A stretch of DNA of 51,749 nucleotides, the filler included, from Sphacelaria rigidula (Eukaryota): NCBI GenBank assembly GCA_964200075.2. It is 3 parts of 3 records of this genome, joined end to end, with 100 filler letters (N's around TTAATTAATTAA, not from the genome) between each part and the next. Parts side by side here need not be neighbours in the genome. Positions count along the whole stretch, not along the records: positions 1 to 17,189 come from CAXNAA020001150.1; 2 more parts are not named here. One strand, 5' to 3'. Numbering within the stretch: the stretch's first letter is position 1; each line of letters opens with the position of its first letter. Position numbers and translations under genes: made by a program. Shown piece by piece: positions 1 to 11,850 of the stretch. The notes beneath the pieces are model-generated. The model was given only the letters and a program-made list of their open reading frames with translations. It did not search any database and had not been told where the DNA came from.

Positions 1-32
1 CTCTCTACACTGTCCTGATGCGGCACATCGCG

Positions 33-1498
33 CGCAAGGGAGTCTACGCGCCAACTCCAACCATGGCCCTCACACATTCGGCTCGTTTCCCGCTCGTTTC
101 CCGTTCACGGACGCCGCAACGACCACACCCCTTTTTCCCGGGAAACGGTTCCCGCGTCTCCCCGCATCGACACAATAGCTGGACTCACAACTCACAGCGC
201 GTCGGTCTTTTGTGATCACGGAGGTTGTGGAACACCGTACCGTTGCCATCTTGGGGCTGGTGTCATGGTCAAGCTAGGCTCTTCCGTCACCAACGGGCGG
301 TTGTCGCATCATCGATGGTTGGTTGAAGCAACGGATACATTACTGGCCGTCACGCACATAGAAATAGGAACAGAACACTAGTATCGCTCAGCACTACAGT
401 ACAGAGTAACGTGCTCCCAACAAAAACACTGCCGGAACACATCCATCACGTCTATCGGGACCATGCATAGCAATCATCAACGGCCAGCGAGAAGTTCAGG
501 TTTTGTCCGCAAAAGATATGCGAATGACTGAAAGCTGCAAAGAAAGGCAGGACTACTGTACAGTTTGATATTTCGTTTGATGAGACCCTGTCGGACCGCA
601 GTGCTACGTGAATTTAAAGACGGGCACTAATTTGCCGATTACCACATGTGTCATAGTAGCAGGCTAGTTAACCGGAGTTGGGCTACAACTGTCCATGGTT
701 GACACATTTTACAAGTATCACCGATCCTAACCCCAACCCAACGCATACCGAGGACCCTCGGACAATGGCAGTACACAGCATTCCCTCGGCAAAGTGCGGT
801 CTTTGCAGACCCAAAATCGGCTCCTGTGGCGCTGATTTCGACGAAAACGCGTTCTGCGCGAGCGAGGCGCACATAGGACTGTCAGCCGTACTAAAGATCC
901 GATTCTCGTTGTACACACTCTAATCAAGTAATATCAACCATGAACATTTGTAGCCCAACGCCGGTTAACTCTACTGGCTCAACCTGTGATATATTGTCAG
1001 TTAGAACGAGGTAAAGTGAGCTTCTTAGGCGGCCCAGCCTGTACTACATTATGGTAGTAGCGAAGGAGGAAGAGATAAGATGGGTGTCGTGATGTTCGGG
1101 TTATTTGAGCAGTTTGAAGTAATCCCAAGAACGATTCACGCGGGCTCGATGGGGTGTGCGTGCGTTCAGCGACTATTGAGGGCGGGGGCTCTTGCTATCC
1201 ATCCCTATCGTGGGTGCTGGAAAGCACTCGCAAGAGGATAAAATCGTTTGAAAATAACTTGACCATGACACCAGCCCCAAGATGGCAACGGTACGGTGTT
1301 CCACAACCTCCGTGATCACAAAAGACCGACGCGCTGTGAGTTGTGAGTCCAGCTATTGTGTCGATGTGGGGAGACGCGGGAACCGTTTCCCGGGAAAAAG
1401 GGGTGTGGTCGTTGCGGCGTCCGTGAACGGCAAACGAGCGGGAAACGAGCCGAATGTGTGAGGGCCATGGTTGGAGTTGGCGCGTAGACTCCCTTGCG
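33..1498. mobile_element. Non-autonomous foldback/long-TIR element (about 241-bp inverted arms)
   Basis: 33-273 is the near-perfect reverse complement of 1258-1498, which is why ORFs 18..215(+) and 1316..1510(-) translate almost identically. No transposase inside and no clear TSD. Confidence 0.8.
672..964. mobile_element. MITE nested in the long-TIR element, TTAA-flanked (piggyBac-like)
   Basis: ttaa|ccggagttgggctacaactgtccatggttga ... tcaaccatgaacatttgtagcccaacgccgg|ttaa. About 30-bp imperfect TIRs, with TTAA at 668-671 and 965-968. Confidence 0.6.
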
Positions 1499-1993
1499 AT
1501 GGCCTAGCACAGGTACGTTCTAGGTCGATCGGTGGCCCAGATAAGATATGATTGAAAAATAATCCCTAGATCAGGTATACCTGGCCGAAATTTGGCCTAG
1601 AAAGGGTATGCGGTTTCTGGAGGCTAGGCGTCCATTTTTGCGTGCCTACATCTCGCGAGTGACGTGTATTTTTTGTTCCCGTTTTTTTCTCGAGGCCCGG
1701 GTACCAATGGCCCCCCAAATGATGTGCGTGAGAAATTTGGAGCGAAAGCGGTCATAATGTCGTGTTTTTCTGTTATCGCGTTTCTGGCCATTATCCGTAC
1801 TTTTCTTGGGCAAAAACCGAGAAGATATACCTTTTCTAGGTCATTGCCCTATTTTGATCGTGCATTTGAAGTCAATTTGATTTAGGTTGGACAATACGAT
1901 ATAAAGTGTTATATATTTCAACAGAAGATGTATATCAAAATTAAGCGAACTCTCCAACCGGTCGTGCCCTGTGTGGTGCCCTGAACTATTCCC

Positions 1994-4900
1994 ATGGTTG
2001 GGTTCGCTATTCTGCACCTTGTCTGGGTCGGCTGCTTGGGAATGATACGGGGTGTGCAGAACCTGCGAATCATCAACGGTATGGGGGACAACTTGCTGGC
2101 ATTGTAGCCCGTGGATCGTCGTCGGTATCAGTTTCTGGTGGCCTTCACGCTCGATATGGACAAACCTACAAAAAAAAGCTGATGTCGATTAACCTTGTGG
2201 CCTAATCCTATTCAAGAAAGTGTCGATGCCGCAACACTCGACGGATGCACAACAAGGGCTCTCGGGTGAAAAAATCGTGTTTGATCTATCCAACGACCTC
2301 GTTTGCACGACCGACCATCATTTGCCTGTATAGGAGGCACAACTCCGAGCCCGACCGCTGAAGAAGTTGGAGCAGACGATGATGACGAGACGGCTCGGCC
2401 CACAACTCCGAGCCCGACCGCCGAAGAAGTTGGAACAGACGATGATGATGACGTGACGGCTCGGCCCACAACCCCGAGCCCGACCGCTGAAGATGTTGGA
2501 ACAGACGGTGATGATGACGTGACAGCTCGATCCACAACTCCGTCGCCAGGTGAGATAACTCTACATGATACCTACAGACCATCGTGAAAACTAGTGATGG
2601 TGGGTCGGCGCGCCGCCGATTTCGAGAGCGTTTTGCGCGTAAAATATTTCGTCAACCGGTAGCTGGGCGTCGATTCGGTTTTCAGGGTAGTTCAATATCA
2701 TGGGGGTTGTGGCTGTTGGTTCGGCACGAACACAAGGGTCTGACACCGTACACAGGGCACTTCATTCGACAGCGGGTTGAATATCGGGAGCATTACAGAA
2801 TTAGCAAAAAAGTATGGAACGTGCCATGATTTTTGGTGACAGCATTCATGTGCCTCTTGAACTTCATACATCGTAACCTTATCCTCAGATCCTGGACCAT
2901 ACATGCTAGTTTTCTGCAGTTTTGACCCGAACAAATGATCGTTCATCCGACGCATCCTGAACGAAGGTTGAAGCCCCCACTCGCAGGACTAATTCACCAC
3001 GTATTATGCAATCCGATACTGCCCGGCCAAGTTGGACGCAACTTACCAATGTTTACGATGGGCACGTACAGAAAACGGGACCGATTTTGCTGAATTGCCA
3101 ATTCCGAAGAGAGTCTGAAGGCTCCGCCCGGTGTTGTCGGACCGACGGACTAGACACGGCTTGTTGTTCCAACGACGAGCGGGTTCAACCTTAATCAGGG
3201 TACGGTGGCTATATTATCCGACGTTCAGGCCAACTGAAGGAAATGAAAAATGGCCCAGGATCTACAAAGGGTAAAGATCTGGTTTACTCCAGGAATCTGT
3301 TCAAGTGTGCTCCGACAACCATGCATGCGATTATTGGGTAGGTATTGGGGAAGGTATTGGCTGATGAGTGAAGTTAGGGTCAAAACCGGGAATCAGCCGG
3401 TACGTGCTGACAGTACGCATGTGAACACTGACTCTCCAGTGCCTCAACAGCGACGATGGCGCCCGTCGCGCTTCGAGTAGCGCTCGGTCCTTCGCCGAGA
3501 CCATCGCCGCCACGATTGTGCAAGGATAGAACGGGTTTGAAGTAGGGGAGTTGTCTTATTTAGATCCGTGGGAACTACCCTTTCGAGGAATGTGTTCTGA
3601 CAAACGCTACATAGCTTTTGGCGGCACACACTTTGTCGTGGCGTTGATACTGCGTAGTAGTATTATGTTGTGTGGGCGACACGTCCACAACTTCTCCACG
3701 GGGAGAAAGTAAGACTCACGTTTCCCCGCTTGTCTCGAGCATTAAACGGTTGCAAGAACTTGCCCCTCTATCTTCTCACGACTCGCCAGAACAAGATTCC
3801 GGAGTTGAGACGTGCGCAGCTGGTGGTACGTGTCCCGACGACAAGTGTTGTCATCCTGTCTCCTTCACCTGTGGCCGAAGTGAGTAAGACCGAGAGGCGC
3901 CCAAAGAGTTTTGTTCGGGGGGGGGGGGGGGGGGGGGGTACTCATGATGTTGCATGCCGTAGTCATATGGCCGCCAACCTCGCATTCCTTCAAAGTCGGG
4001 GCGGAGCACGTCGGATTGTCGTTGGACCAGCCTCGCAATCAATCACCCAAGCGCGAATCGCCGTGTGGTGTTCGGCGAGTCGCATACAGAGTGAGCTGCA
4101 TCCTGTTAAAGTTGTTCGGCACGAAGCGTACTGACTATCTTCCAGATGAATGGCAGCCTCGAATGAGTTGCTTCATTTTCTGGTATCGCCACTTCCGGAA
4201 ACAGTCATGGAACGGAAGGGGGGGTACTAATGTGTCCAGAACGTTCCCGGCTTGTCGAAAATTGTACTTATTGTCCCCCTCCGAATTACCAACCCGTGCT
4301 TTCATATGTTTGTGGTTCCAACCCGTGCGCGCTCATCCTGCGATGCCCCCCACCCGTCGTAGCGATCGAGTTCTGCCGTGAAGTATCTGGCGACAAGTGG
4401 TGCTGTTCTGGAGCAGAATCGTTTGAAGATCCTTCCAGCGAATGCTACAAAGGTGTAGCAACACTCGAAGTGTGTTTGGTGTCGCACATTATCTGCAGCC
4501 GGGAGTACTTGATTTCGAACTTAATCATTTTGACTCCACCTAAGTAAACGATTTAGTTCATACCTCTGGCCAATGCGGATTTATGTTGCTCTCCAAGGGT
4601 GCTCGAAAAAAACATTTTCCACACCTATGTACCCGAGGGAACTCTAGAAGCAAGAAAAAAGAGACCAAATATATAAACATGATATATTTCTTTCGTGGAA
4701 AGCCCCGAGTCACTGATTTGCTTTCCCTTTCGACCATCCTAGGGCCCTGGTGTCGTTTTTTGTTTTGACTTGTACCTTTGTACTCGCTCCAAATTACATG
4801 CGCGAATGAACGACATGCAGTAGCAAAGATCCCAAAACGAAACCTTCGGTCGAAGGTGTAGATAACCTAGCTAGTCAGCGTCTTCGGACTAAATCGAGAA

Positions 4901-7168
4901 CGGACGAAGGCGTCACCCTAACTGCACCAACCAACAAAACCCGGTCATGCCTGAGAGTAGCAAGACTATACGATGCGGTACTAGGTAGGGCGCCAAACAG
5001 GCTGAAACTCGCCTAAAGATCGGGCACCACTACTGCGCAAGGCATAAATGGTTCACGTCAGCCACACGTGCCCCTACAGTATACCCATAAACAGGGGATC
5101 CTGAAAAATGGGGGGCTCATAATTTTTGTTTTGGGGGGCTCATAATTGCGCGGAAGGGCGCCCCCCCCCCTCCCCTTTACATCGCCATCCTTTTGCGGTT
5201 TCTGTGAAGTCTGCCTTTCGCCTTCGAAGGTACTTTTTAGGAGAGTGGACGTCCCCCGAAGATGGGGTGTAAGATGCCTTAAATGAAACGAAAATCTTAT
5301 CATGGCGAAATTTTGCGGGGGACGGTACCCCGCTGAGTTAATTTCGGTGTAAGGCACCTTACATGAAATGAAAATCTCATCATGGCGAAACTTTGAAAGA
5401 ACGATACCGCGCTGAGGTAGCTTTTGAGTAGCCCTACAACGTCCTACTACAGCTCTTCACCACGAGATTGTTATCGCAATATATCACAGTTAAGGCGGAA
5501 GACCGTATGGAACAGTTTAGAAACCCCCGAAAGGGTGGTCTATGTAAGCACTTTAGGGGGTAGGATTTTATACCAAGCCGAGCAACGTAAGAAGTAGAAA
5601 GCGATCGGTGGGGGAGGGGGGGGAGTGGGGCGAGGAAAAAGATTGAAAATGACAACAAGGCCGGGGGGGAAATGAGGTCGAGAGGGAAAATAAACGAGCC
5701 TGGCAAGGAGGGGAGGGCACTCATGATTTTGCTTGCCGTAGTCATGTGACTATGGATCTCGTATCCTTACGAAACCGGGACGGAGCTCGCCGGGGTTTCG
5801 CAGGACCAGGCTTGCAATCAATCACCAAGCCCGAAGCCCCGTGATGCGTTCAGCGAGTAGAATGGCGGGTGAGCTACGTCCTGGTAAGATTGCTCGGCAT
5901 GAAACATACTGATTATCTGGCATACGGATGGCAGCCTCGAATGAGTCACTTCATTTTCTGGTACCGCCACTTCCAGAGACAGCCGTTGGTTTCACACACT
6001 TCCTCATGGAGCCTCATCATTTCAACACTGCAGACCCTTCGCGCGGAGTTGAGGTTCTCTCATCCCGCACAATATGATCTAGCTCGACCACCATCACGGT
6101 TACCGCGAAAAAACGTGGGCGCGAAAAAGCCGGAAACTTGGTTGCCTAGCTTACGCGCTGAGTGGCGTGTTTTACGGCGCCATTGCCAACCAACGCCAAC
6201 TCCATGGGGAGTTGGGGACTTGCAAATTTTTCGCTCATGAGTTGGGGACTTTTTTAGTGTCGTAGGGACCGTTTTTATTGAGAATGTCTGTAACTTACAC
6301 GAAGATGAAAGAAAAAGACCGAGTCCTCTTTTTTGTGTTTTCAGTATGCCCTTCCGATTCTCCACGCGAAATTTCGAAGCACGACTCTAAAAGCTGAACT
6401 GAGAAACCGAGTTGAATGCCGAAAGCAATGTCCATTTTTCACTATAACGCCCCCAAAACATGTTTTTTTTTAGAAGAAAATCTCAAGCAGTTGAAGATAT
6501 TTTTCTTTTTTGCCCTGGCGGTTCTCCATACCAAACTTCAACGCACAACTATCGAAACTAAGACCCGATATCCAAAATTAGTACACTGAGTGCCTCTGCT
6601 CGTAATGTATTTAGTATAGCATGAAATATGATGTGCGCCATATCTCTGGATAGATAACGCATCAGGTGAAGGCGATATTATCGATCGTTTCCCCGTGCCT
6701 CAGGGAATGTTCACACCAAAACTCCCCATCAACCGCTGTTGATATCGTTCGGGGTTTCATGTAGTCCTTCGTCAACAAGACAAACCTGGCCCAGGTTTTT
6801 GGTCAGATGAACATATTTTGATGAGACGAACAAAGAGATTTGGGGATCCGGCCCAATTCGTCTGTGTCGGTGAGATATGTCTGTGAGAGCTGAAATCTAT
6901 TCTTAGGCTGTCCCAACTCGTGAGGAAACCATGCGTCTATATCGCTGGTGCTCACTAGCTCTACTCACTTTGGCATTAGGTTGGCAACACGTTTCTGTTC
7001 CAGACGAGCTGTTTCAAGAAGGTTGTACATACTCGAGCTGTACCAACCTAAATGTGCGCACTCTTATCGCAGACGGCACCTTTTTCGTATCTCACGACAT
7101 AGCCCAATGTGAGCATATAACTGTGGACTGCAGACCAACATGCTGTTCAGACGCTTTGCCGCTGTTCG
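1994..7168 (+). CDS. Multi-exon secreted/cell-surface Cys-rich protein. Exons 1994-2078, 2334-2549, (3451-3534), 3790-3879, 4363-4452, 6765-6869, 7004-7168; continues downstream
   Basis: ATG at 1994 opens a hydrophobic signal-like peptide MVGFAILHLVWVGCLGMIRG. All listed introns are GT-AG and phase 1, and internal exon lengths are multiples of 3 (216, 84, 90, 90, 105, 165). The joined product is stop-free and contains a TPSP/acidic repeat and Cys-rich modules. Confidence 0.65.
2338..2547 (+). repeat. Coding tandem repeat, about 63-66-bp unit x ~3.3 (PTTPSPTAEEVGxDDDDDVTAR)
   Basis: cacaactccgagcccgaccgc repeats inside exon 2334-2549, and unit length varies only by whole codons. Confidence 0.9.
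3940..4206 (+). repeat. Dispersed ~265-bp repeat, copy 1
   Basis: Aligns by eye with 5720-5984 (e.g. tggcagcctcgaatgagt...cttcattttctggta) and in reverse complement with 51636-51749. Confidence 0.8.
5277..5420 (+). repeat. Two-copy ~80-bp tandem duplication
   Basis: ccttaaatgaaacgaaaatcttatcatggcgaaattttg...cgctgag recurs as ccttacatgaaatgaaaatctcatcatggcgaaactttg...cgctgag. Confidence 0.7.
5720..5984 (+). repeat. Dispersed ~265-bp repeat, copy 2
   Basis: Diverged direct copy of 3940-4206, also preceded by a G-rich run. Confidence 0.8.
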
Positions 7169-8335
7169 GTTGGTCACGTGTTGACGATGACGCCATTGTA
7201 CGGCGTTGAGTGCAGTGCGTCCCAAATCGTCTCTCGACACCGTTTTTATATTCCATTTACGTATGACTTTCACGTAAACGTGTTCTTCTGTGCCTGTGAT
7301 TGAATATCCACGGTCAAAATATTTGAAATGCGCAGCATTCCAGGATTTTTCACACAAAATGCCACTAGGGCCCTCTGGACGTAAGTGTCTCATTACTGAC
7401 GGATGACTACTAAGCTTTTTTCGTTGAGTTATGGATATTCCGTTTAGTTGCACATTTGTAAAATCACTCTACTCTGCTTGAGTGATTTGTCTTGAAATTT
7501 CCCTCACTGCCCATGTGTTGATGAAGATAGCGTGTTGAAGTTTCAGCTCCCAACCCCTACAAAAGCTGCACACAGCTGTTCAAGCAAAGCAAATGGGCCT
7601 CGACTGGCCCAGCTGTAAATTCCAGTGATTTACAGGATTCGTGCACTATTTTGTGTTGTTTCATCATATTTTTAACACATCCCCTTCTTCGGGACAAATA
7701 CGACTCTCAAGGGATCAACCCATCCCTCCCCCAGTACCTGACTTACATTTTGGTATCGAGGATTGGATCAGGACTCCCGCAACACGTCGGCTCTTGTCGT
7801 GTTTTTTCGCATTTCACTCACGTCCTGACGCTCCCAACGATGAAGAACAGCTTCTACGATTAAGACCGTATCTGTCCGGATTCGAAGTCGCAGTCTCTCG
7901 TCCTCGCTAGACGATGGTACATCAGTTGAACCGCCGGGTCGCTGTGGTCGTAGTCATACACGAGGGATTGCACGAATCAGAGTTTGGGAGTTTTAATTCA
8001 AAATACAACAAAGATCTTGTAGACGTCCGTTCCTCACCCTTCACTGAACGTTTCATATATATTACATACATATGAACATATTGATGACTTATAGGATTTG
8101 TGAGTGTTGCCACGGTAGGGGTTGTGTATTTGGGACCAGATGTTTCTCGTTCTGTAAGGAGTTCCTGAAGTTAGGAGCCACACATGAACAGGGTGCGGGA
8201 CATGTCCGTTCTAAAGCTCATTCAAGATATCCATGACCCACTCGGATGATGGTCGTGGCGTGCTCTCACATATTCCATGGGTCATTTTTTGTATGAGATG
8301 AAGGGCTCCTAACTGTTTAAACCTGATAAACCTAT

Positions 8336-9920
8336 CACGGTTCGGGCGAATCAGAGTTCATACGAGTTGACTCCCCATGAATATTGAATGTGAACCATGT
8401 ACCAAAGAGTCATGCAAGATGAATCACGGATGGTAAAGTCGTATATTTGAGGTCATACCGCACGAATTACGAATCGGGAATGTGTACACTCCACGTAGTA
8501 TCAGACGAATCAAGAGTGAAATATATATATATACGAATCACAACTCCTGTATGAGTCATGGGTGGGAAACATGTACACTCGGTTCACCTGGTACGAATGA
8601 AAGGTGGGGAAAATGTACGTATGATTCGTGCTGCATGAACGGAAATCGGGAAACATGTACACTTGATTCATTTCGAATGGATGTAAGGCGGAGAACATGA
8701 ACGCATGATTCATGCTACATGAACAGAAATCGGGAAGTATATAAGTGTGATGCACCTCGTATGAATGGGGGTGCAGAACGTGTGCTTATGATTCACGCTC
8801 CATGAAAGGGGAGGTACATGTGCGCTTGATCCACCTCGTATGAATGGAAGCTGGGAATCATGTATCTATGATTCATGCTCACGAGCTAAAGGTGGAAAAC
8901 ATGTACATGAGTCATGTGATTCATACTGTATGATTCAAAGGAAAAGAAACAGCTCCGAAGAATCACTCTAGGTACGAAAATGCGTGCTGAGCCATGTTGT
9001 ACCATACTGTCCGTGGACTGCAGAGTACGCTGCCAAAGGTTTCCCGGAAACCCCCCCGCGAACGTCCAAGCACGACGCGTGCTGGTGCTTTATTCTTCGC
9101 AAGTGTTCGTGGTATTGTATGCAGTATGTTTAGGTCAACTGTACCACAGAACGCAATATGAAACCACATAGGCTGTGAATAACATAGCTTGAAAATAAGT
9201 ACTATAGTTGATGTGTGATGTGAGCACAAAAATTGAAATTGTTGTTTTTGCGGATGGCTCTTAAGAGGCTCGCGATCTGTACGCTTTTACTTGCCTACCC
9301 TCAGCTGTAAAGGGGTCCTGCCACCGAAGAGTCGCGCCCCATGAAATGGCAGGTGGGAAACAAAATGTTCAAGAGATTGATATCATATGAACAGAAGGTG
9401 GGAAGCATATACGTATGTTTCACGCTGCATAAAGGAAAAGTGGGAAACATGTACACTTGATCCATCTTGTGTGAATGGAATGTAGGGAACTAGTACGTAT
9501 GATTCATGCCGCATGAATGGAAATTGAGAAACATGCATACTTGATTCACCTTGTATGAATCAAAGGCTGGAACCGTGCTCGTACGATTCATCCTGCATGA
9601 ACAGAAATTGGGACTCATGTAGGCTTGATTCACCTCGTATTAATGGAAGGTGGGAAACGTTTGTCTATGTATCATGATGAACGAATGGAAACTGGGGAAT
9701 ACGTACCTTTGATTCACACCATACGAATGGAAGGTAGGAAACGTGTACCTTCGACGGTGTACCACACGAATCACGAACTGGGAATGTGTACACTCAACGT
9801 GGTTTCGTACGAATCACCAACACAAAAATGTACAGATCGCTACTTGTGTACGAATCGTATGATTGGTTCTTCCAAATGTTGAACGTAAGTCGAATTACGA
9901 TTTTATTCGTCCGAACCGTG
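8336..9920. mobile_element. CAC-terminated TIR element carrying a ~42-bp minisatellite (CACTA/CMC-like, non-autonomous)
   Basis: Left end cacggttcgggcgaat, right end attcgtccgaaccgtg (15/16 inverted match). Internal arrays at about 8390-8940 and 9340-9870 of tgattca(t/c)gctgcatgaa..gggaaacatgtacact. No TSD seen. Confidence 0.7.
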
Positions 9921-10796
9921 AAGTCCATTGTGCGCCCCTACCGTGGCGTGGCCTTTTTCATATTTTCACAGTGGCTCTTGCTATTCTGATTTCGGAACGC
10001 TCAGTCCAAGCCCGTGTATCGATGACATTTATCTCGCGTGAGAGTTCCAGCTCCTAACTCGTAGAAATGAGTACTGGAAAGCCGGTCAATCAAACCAAAT
10101 CGCCGTTGGCTGGCTCAGCTCATAGTGTTGATCCACGCCCCACACTTACAATCGCCCTACCGGAAATCAACGCTTTGCTTCGTTTCAAATGGTGAATCCG
10201 GCGCGAGACATAACGCTCACTATGATGTAAAGGCATAGTAGACACTCAACTGGTTGAGTACAACTGAGAGATATCTGAGTCTAGGATCGGAGACCTGTAA
10301 GCTTGCATAGCAAGTCTTCTCGGAGCACAATAGTGCTCTATCAGGGACCTCTGTGGTATTCTGGTCAAACGGTCATATCGAGAGTCAAATCAAAACTAGT
10401 GTACATTCAAGTCGCAAGCCGTGACTTACAGTCTACATCTTGAGGGCCGGTTCACTACGTAGCAGGTAGTACTTGAATCCGCAGCAGAAGCTCAAAGCCC
10501 TCATGGCGTCCCAGATTAGTTTGTACTGTACGGCTGAATCCCAACGCAAGAAGTAAAAAAGACAATTAGGTCGAAGGGCTCTCTACCGACATCTGCTCAC
10601 GTCCAAAAGGAGTATTTAGTCACACGCGAATCCATGAAGACATGAATCTTCAAGTGTCTCGAATCCTCAGCCAAACTTCTAGTATTGCCACACCGTCAAC
10701 AGTAGCTGACGTTTCGACCGTTTCTACTTGAACTATATCCTTTACGCTCCAACCGTTTCCTCAATCACCATTTTTTCTTGTTGTACGTCACTCAAA

Positions 10797-11063
10797 GAGT
10801 CATCCTACGATAGAGGAGGGGGGTGGGGTGGGGGTATTTTGAGCCACTTCTTGCGCAGAATTCTAAGTCAAATTGTTGTTGAAAGCAGCATCGGTTGTTC
10901 GAACGAGCTTGCAATAAAAAAATAACGCTCATTCATACTGCTTGACACCGTTTTGAACCAAATACAAGCGCACCGCGAGTGTTGCAGGTCGTCTGACACA
11001 ACCATGGGCCTCTTTTTTCGTCCAATCAAATACCCCCCCGTCCCCCCCATCGTAGGATGACTC
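10797..11063. mobile_element. MITE with GAG termini and 4-bp TSD (Sola-like), copy 1
   Basis: caaa|gagtcatcctacgat ... atcgtaggatgactc|caaa: perfect 15-bp TIR and CAAA duplication. Confidence 0.85.
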
Positions 11064-11569
11064 CAAATGTAACCATTTTTAGTGTTCGACGTACAAACTA
11101 TATATATAGTGACCTAGAAACCCACTTCTTCTGCTCACGGGTCATATTTATTTGAACCGGAGTACGCCGAAAGGCCAGTTTATAAAACTTGCCGCCGCCT
11201 CATCACATTGAAGGCCTCACCGATTCCCACATACCGTAACGCAAGACAGTGTGCTCCAGCAACTCGACAATTCAGGCATTCAGCGGCGGCACGAACTTCA
11301 CGTCGTGTCGTAGCGGGCTGGATTAGCACATGTCGCACAACAAAAAACACCTCGCGAACGCGCCACCGTTTCGTAAAAAGTATGTGGCAACTCTACTGTA
11401 CGTCAAGTCCGAGAGTCCACGATATGTTGAATCAAGGTGCGGCTGATGTTCAATTCCGACAATTGCCGCAAAAAAGGTGTGCCGTGTGAAAATAGGAGCT
11501 ATTGATAACATGTTGTTCCAGGAGCGGATCACTTATCGATATACATACATGTATTGCCATTGACAGTAT

Positions 11570-11570
<1 letters not shown>

Positions 11571-11623
<53 letters not shown>

Positions 11624-11707
11624 CGGCCCCCTCCGTCGCCCCGCCCCCCCCCCGGCCGGGGGCCCCCCCCGCGCCCCAAATTGCCAACGACAGCGAGNNN
11701 NNNNNNN
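11571..11707. other. Poly-C noise and 10-N assembly gap
   Basis: Long C run and Ns. The motif tattgccattg.cagtat.ccccc occurs on both sides of the gap, consistent with duplicated contig ends. Confidence 0.8.
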
Positions 11708-11850
11708 ATTACTGTATTGCCATTGCCAGTATCCCCCCCCCCCCCGGCTGTCCCCCTCCACCCCCGCTACCGTCCGCACGCGTGTGTTCCATCTCTGTGA
11801 CGGCGCCCACAATGCGGCGGTGATCTACGCGTCGGCTATAATATTCCAAG

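Noticed and set aside
18-215. Twin ORFs 18..215(+) and 1316..1510(-) as duplicated genes
   Set aside because: They are translations of the two arms of an inverted repeat, with no coding or splice signal.
2217-2265. Possible extra exon ESVDAATLDGCTTRAL
   Set aside because: The only nearby GT donor gives phase 2, incompatible with the flanking phase-1 exons.
4945-5015. Hammerhead-like ctgagag...gctgaaac
   Set aside because: The core lacks a base of CUGANGA and no convincing stems I/III are present.
6931-7003. MRLYRWCSLALLTLALG as signal peptide of a separate small protein
   Set aside because: It lies in the 6870-7003 intron, whose acceptor and phase fit the larger gene. Not fully excluded.
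11502-11823. Poly-Pro (formin/extensin-like) ORFs, and similar poly-Pro/Gly ORFs near 17000 and 44200
   Set aside because: They derive from homopolymer C/G noise next to assembly gaps.
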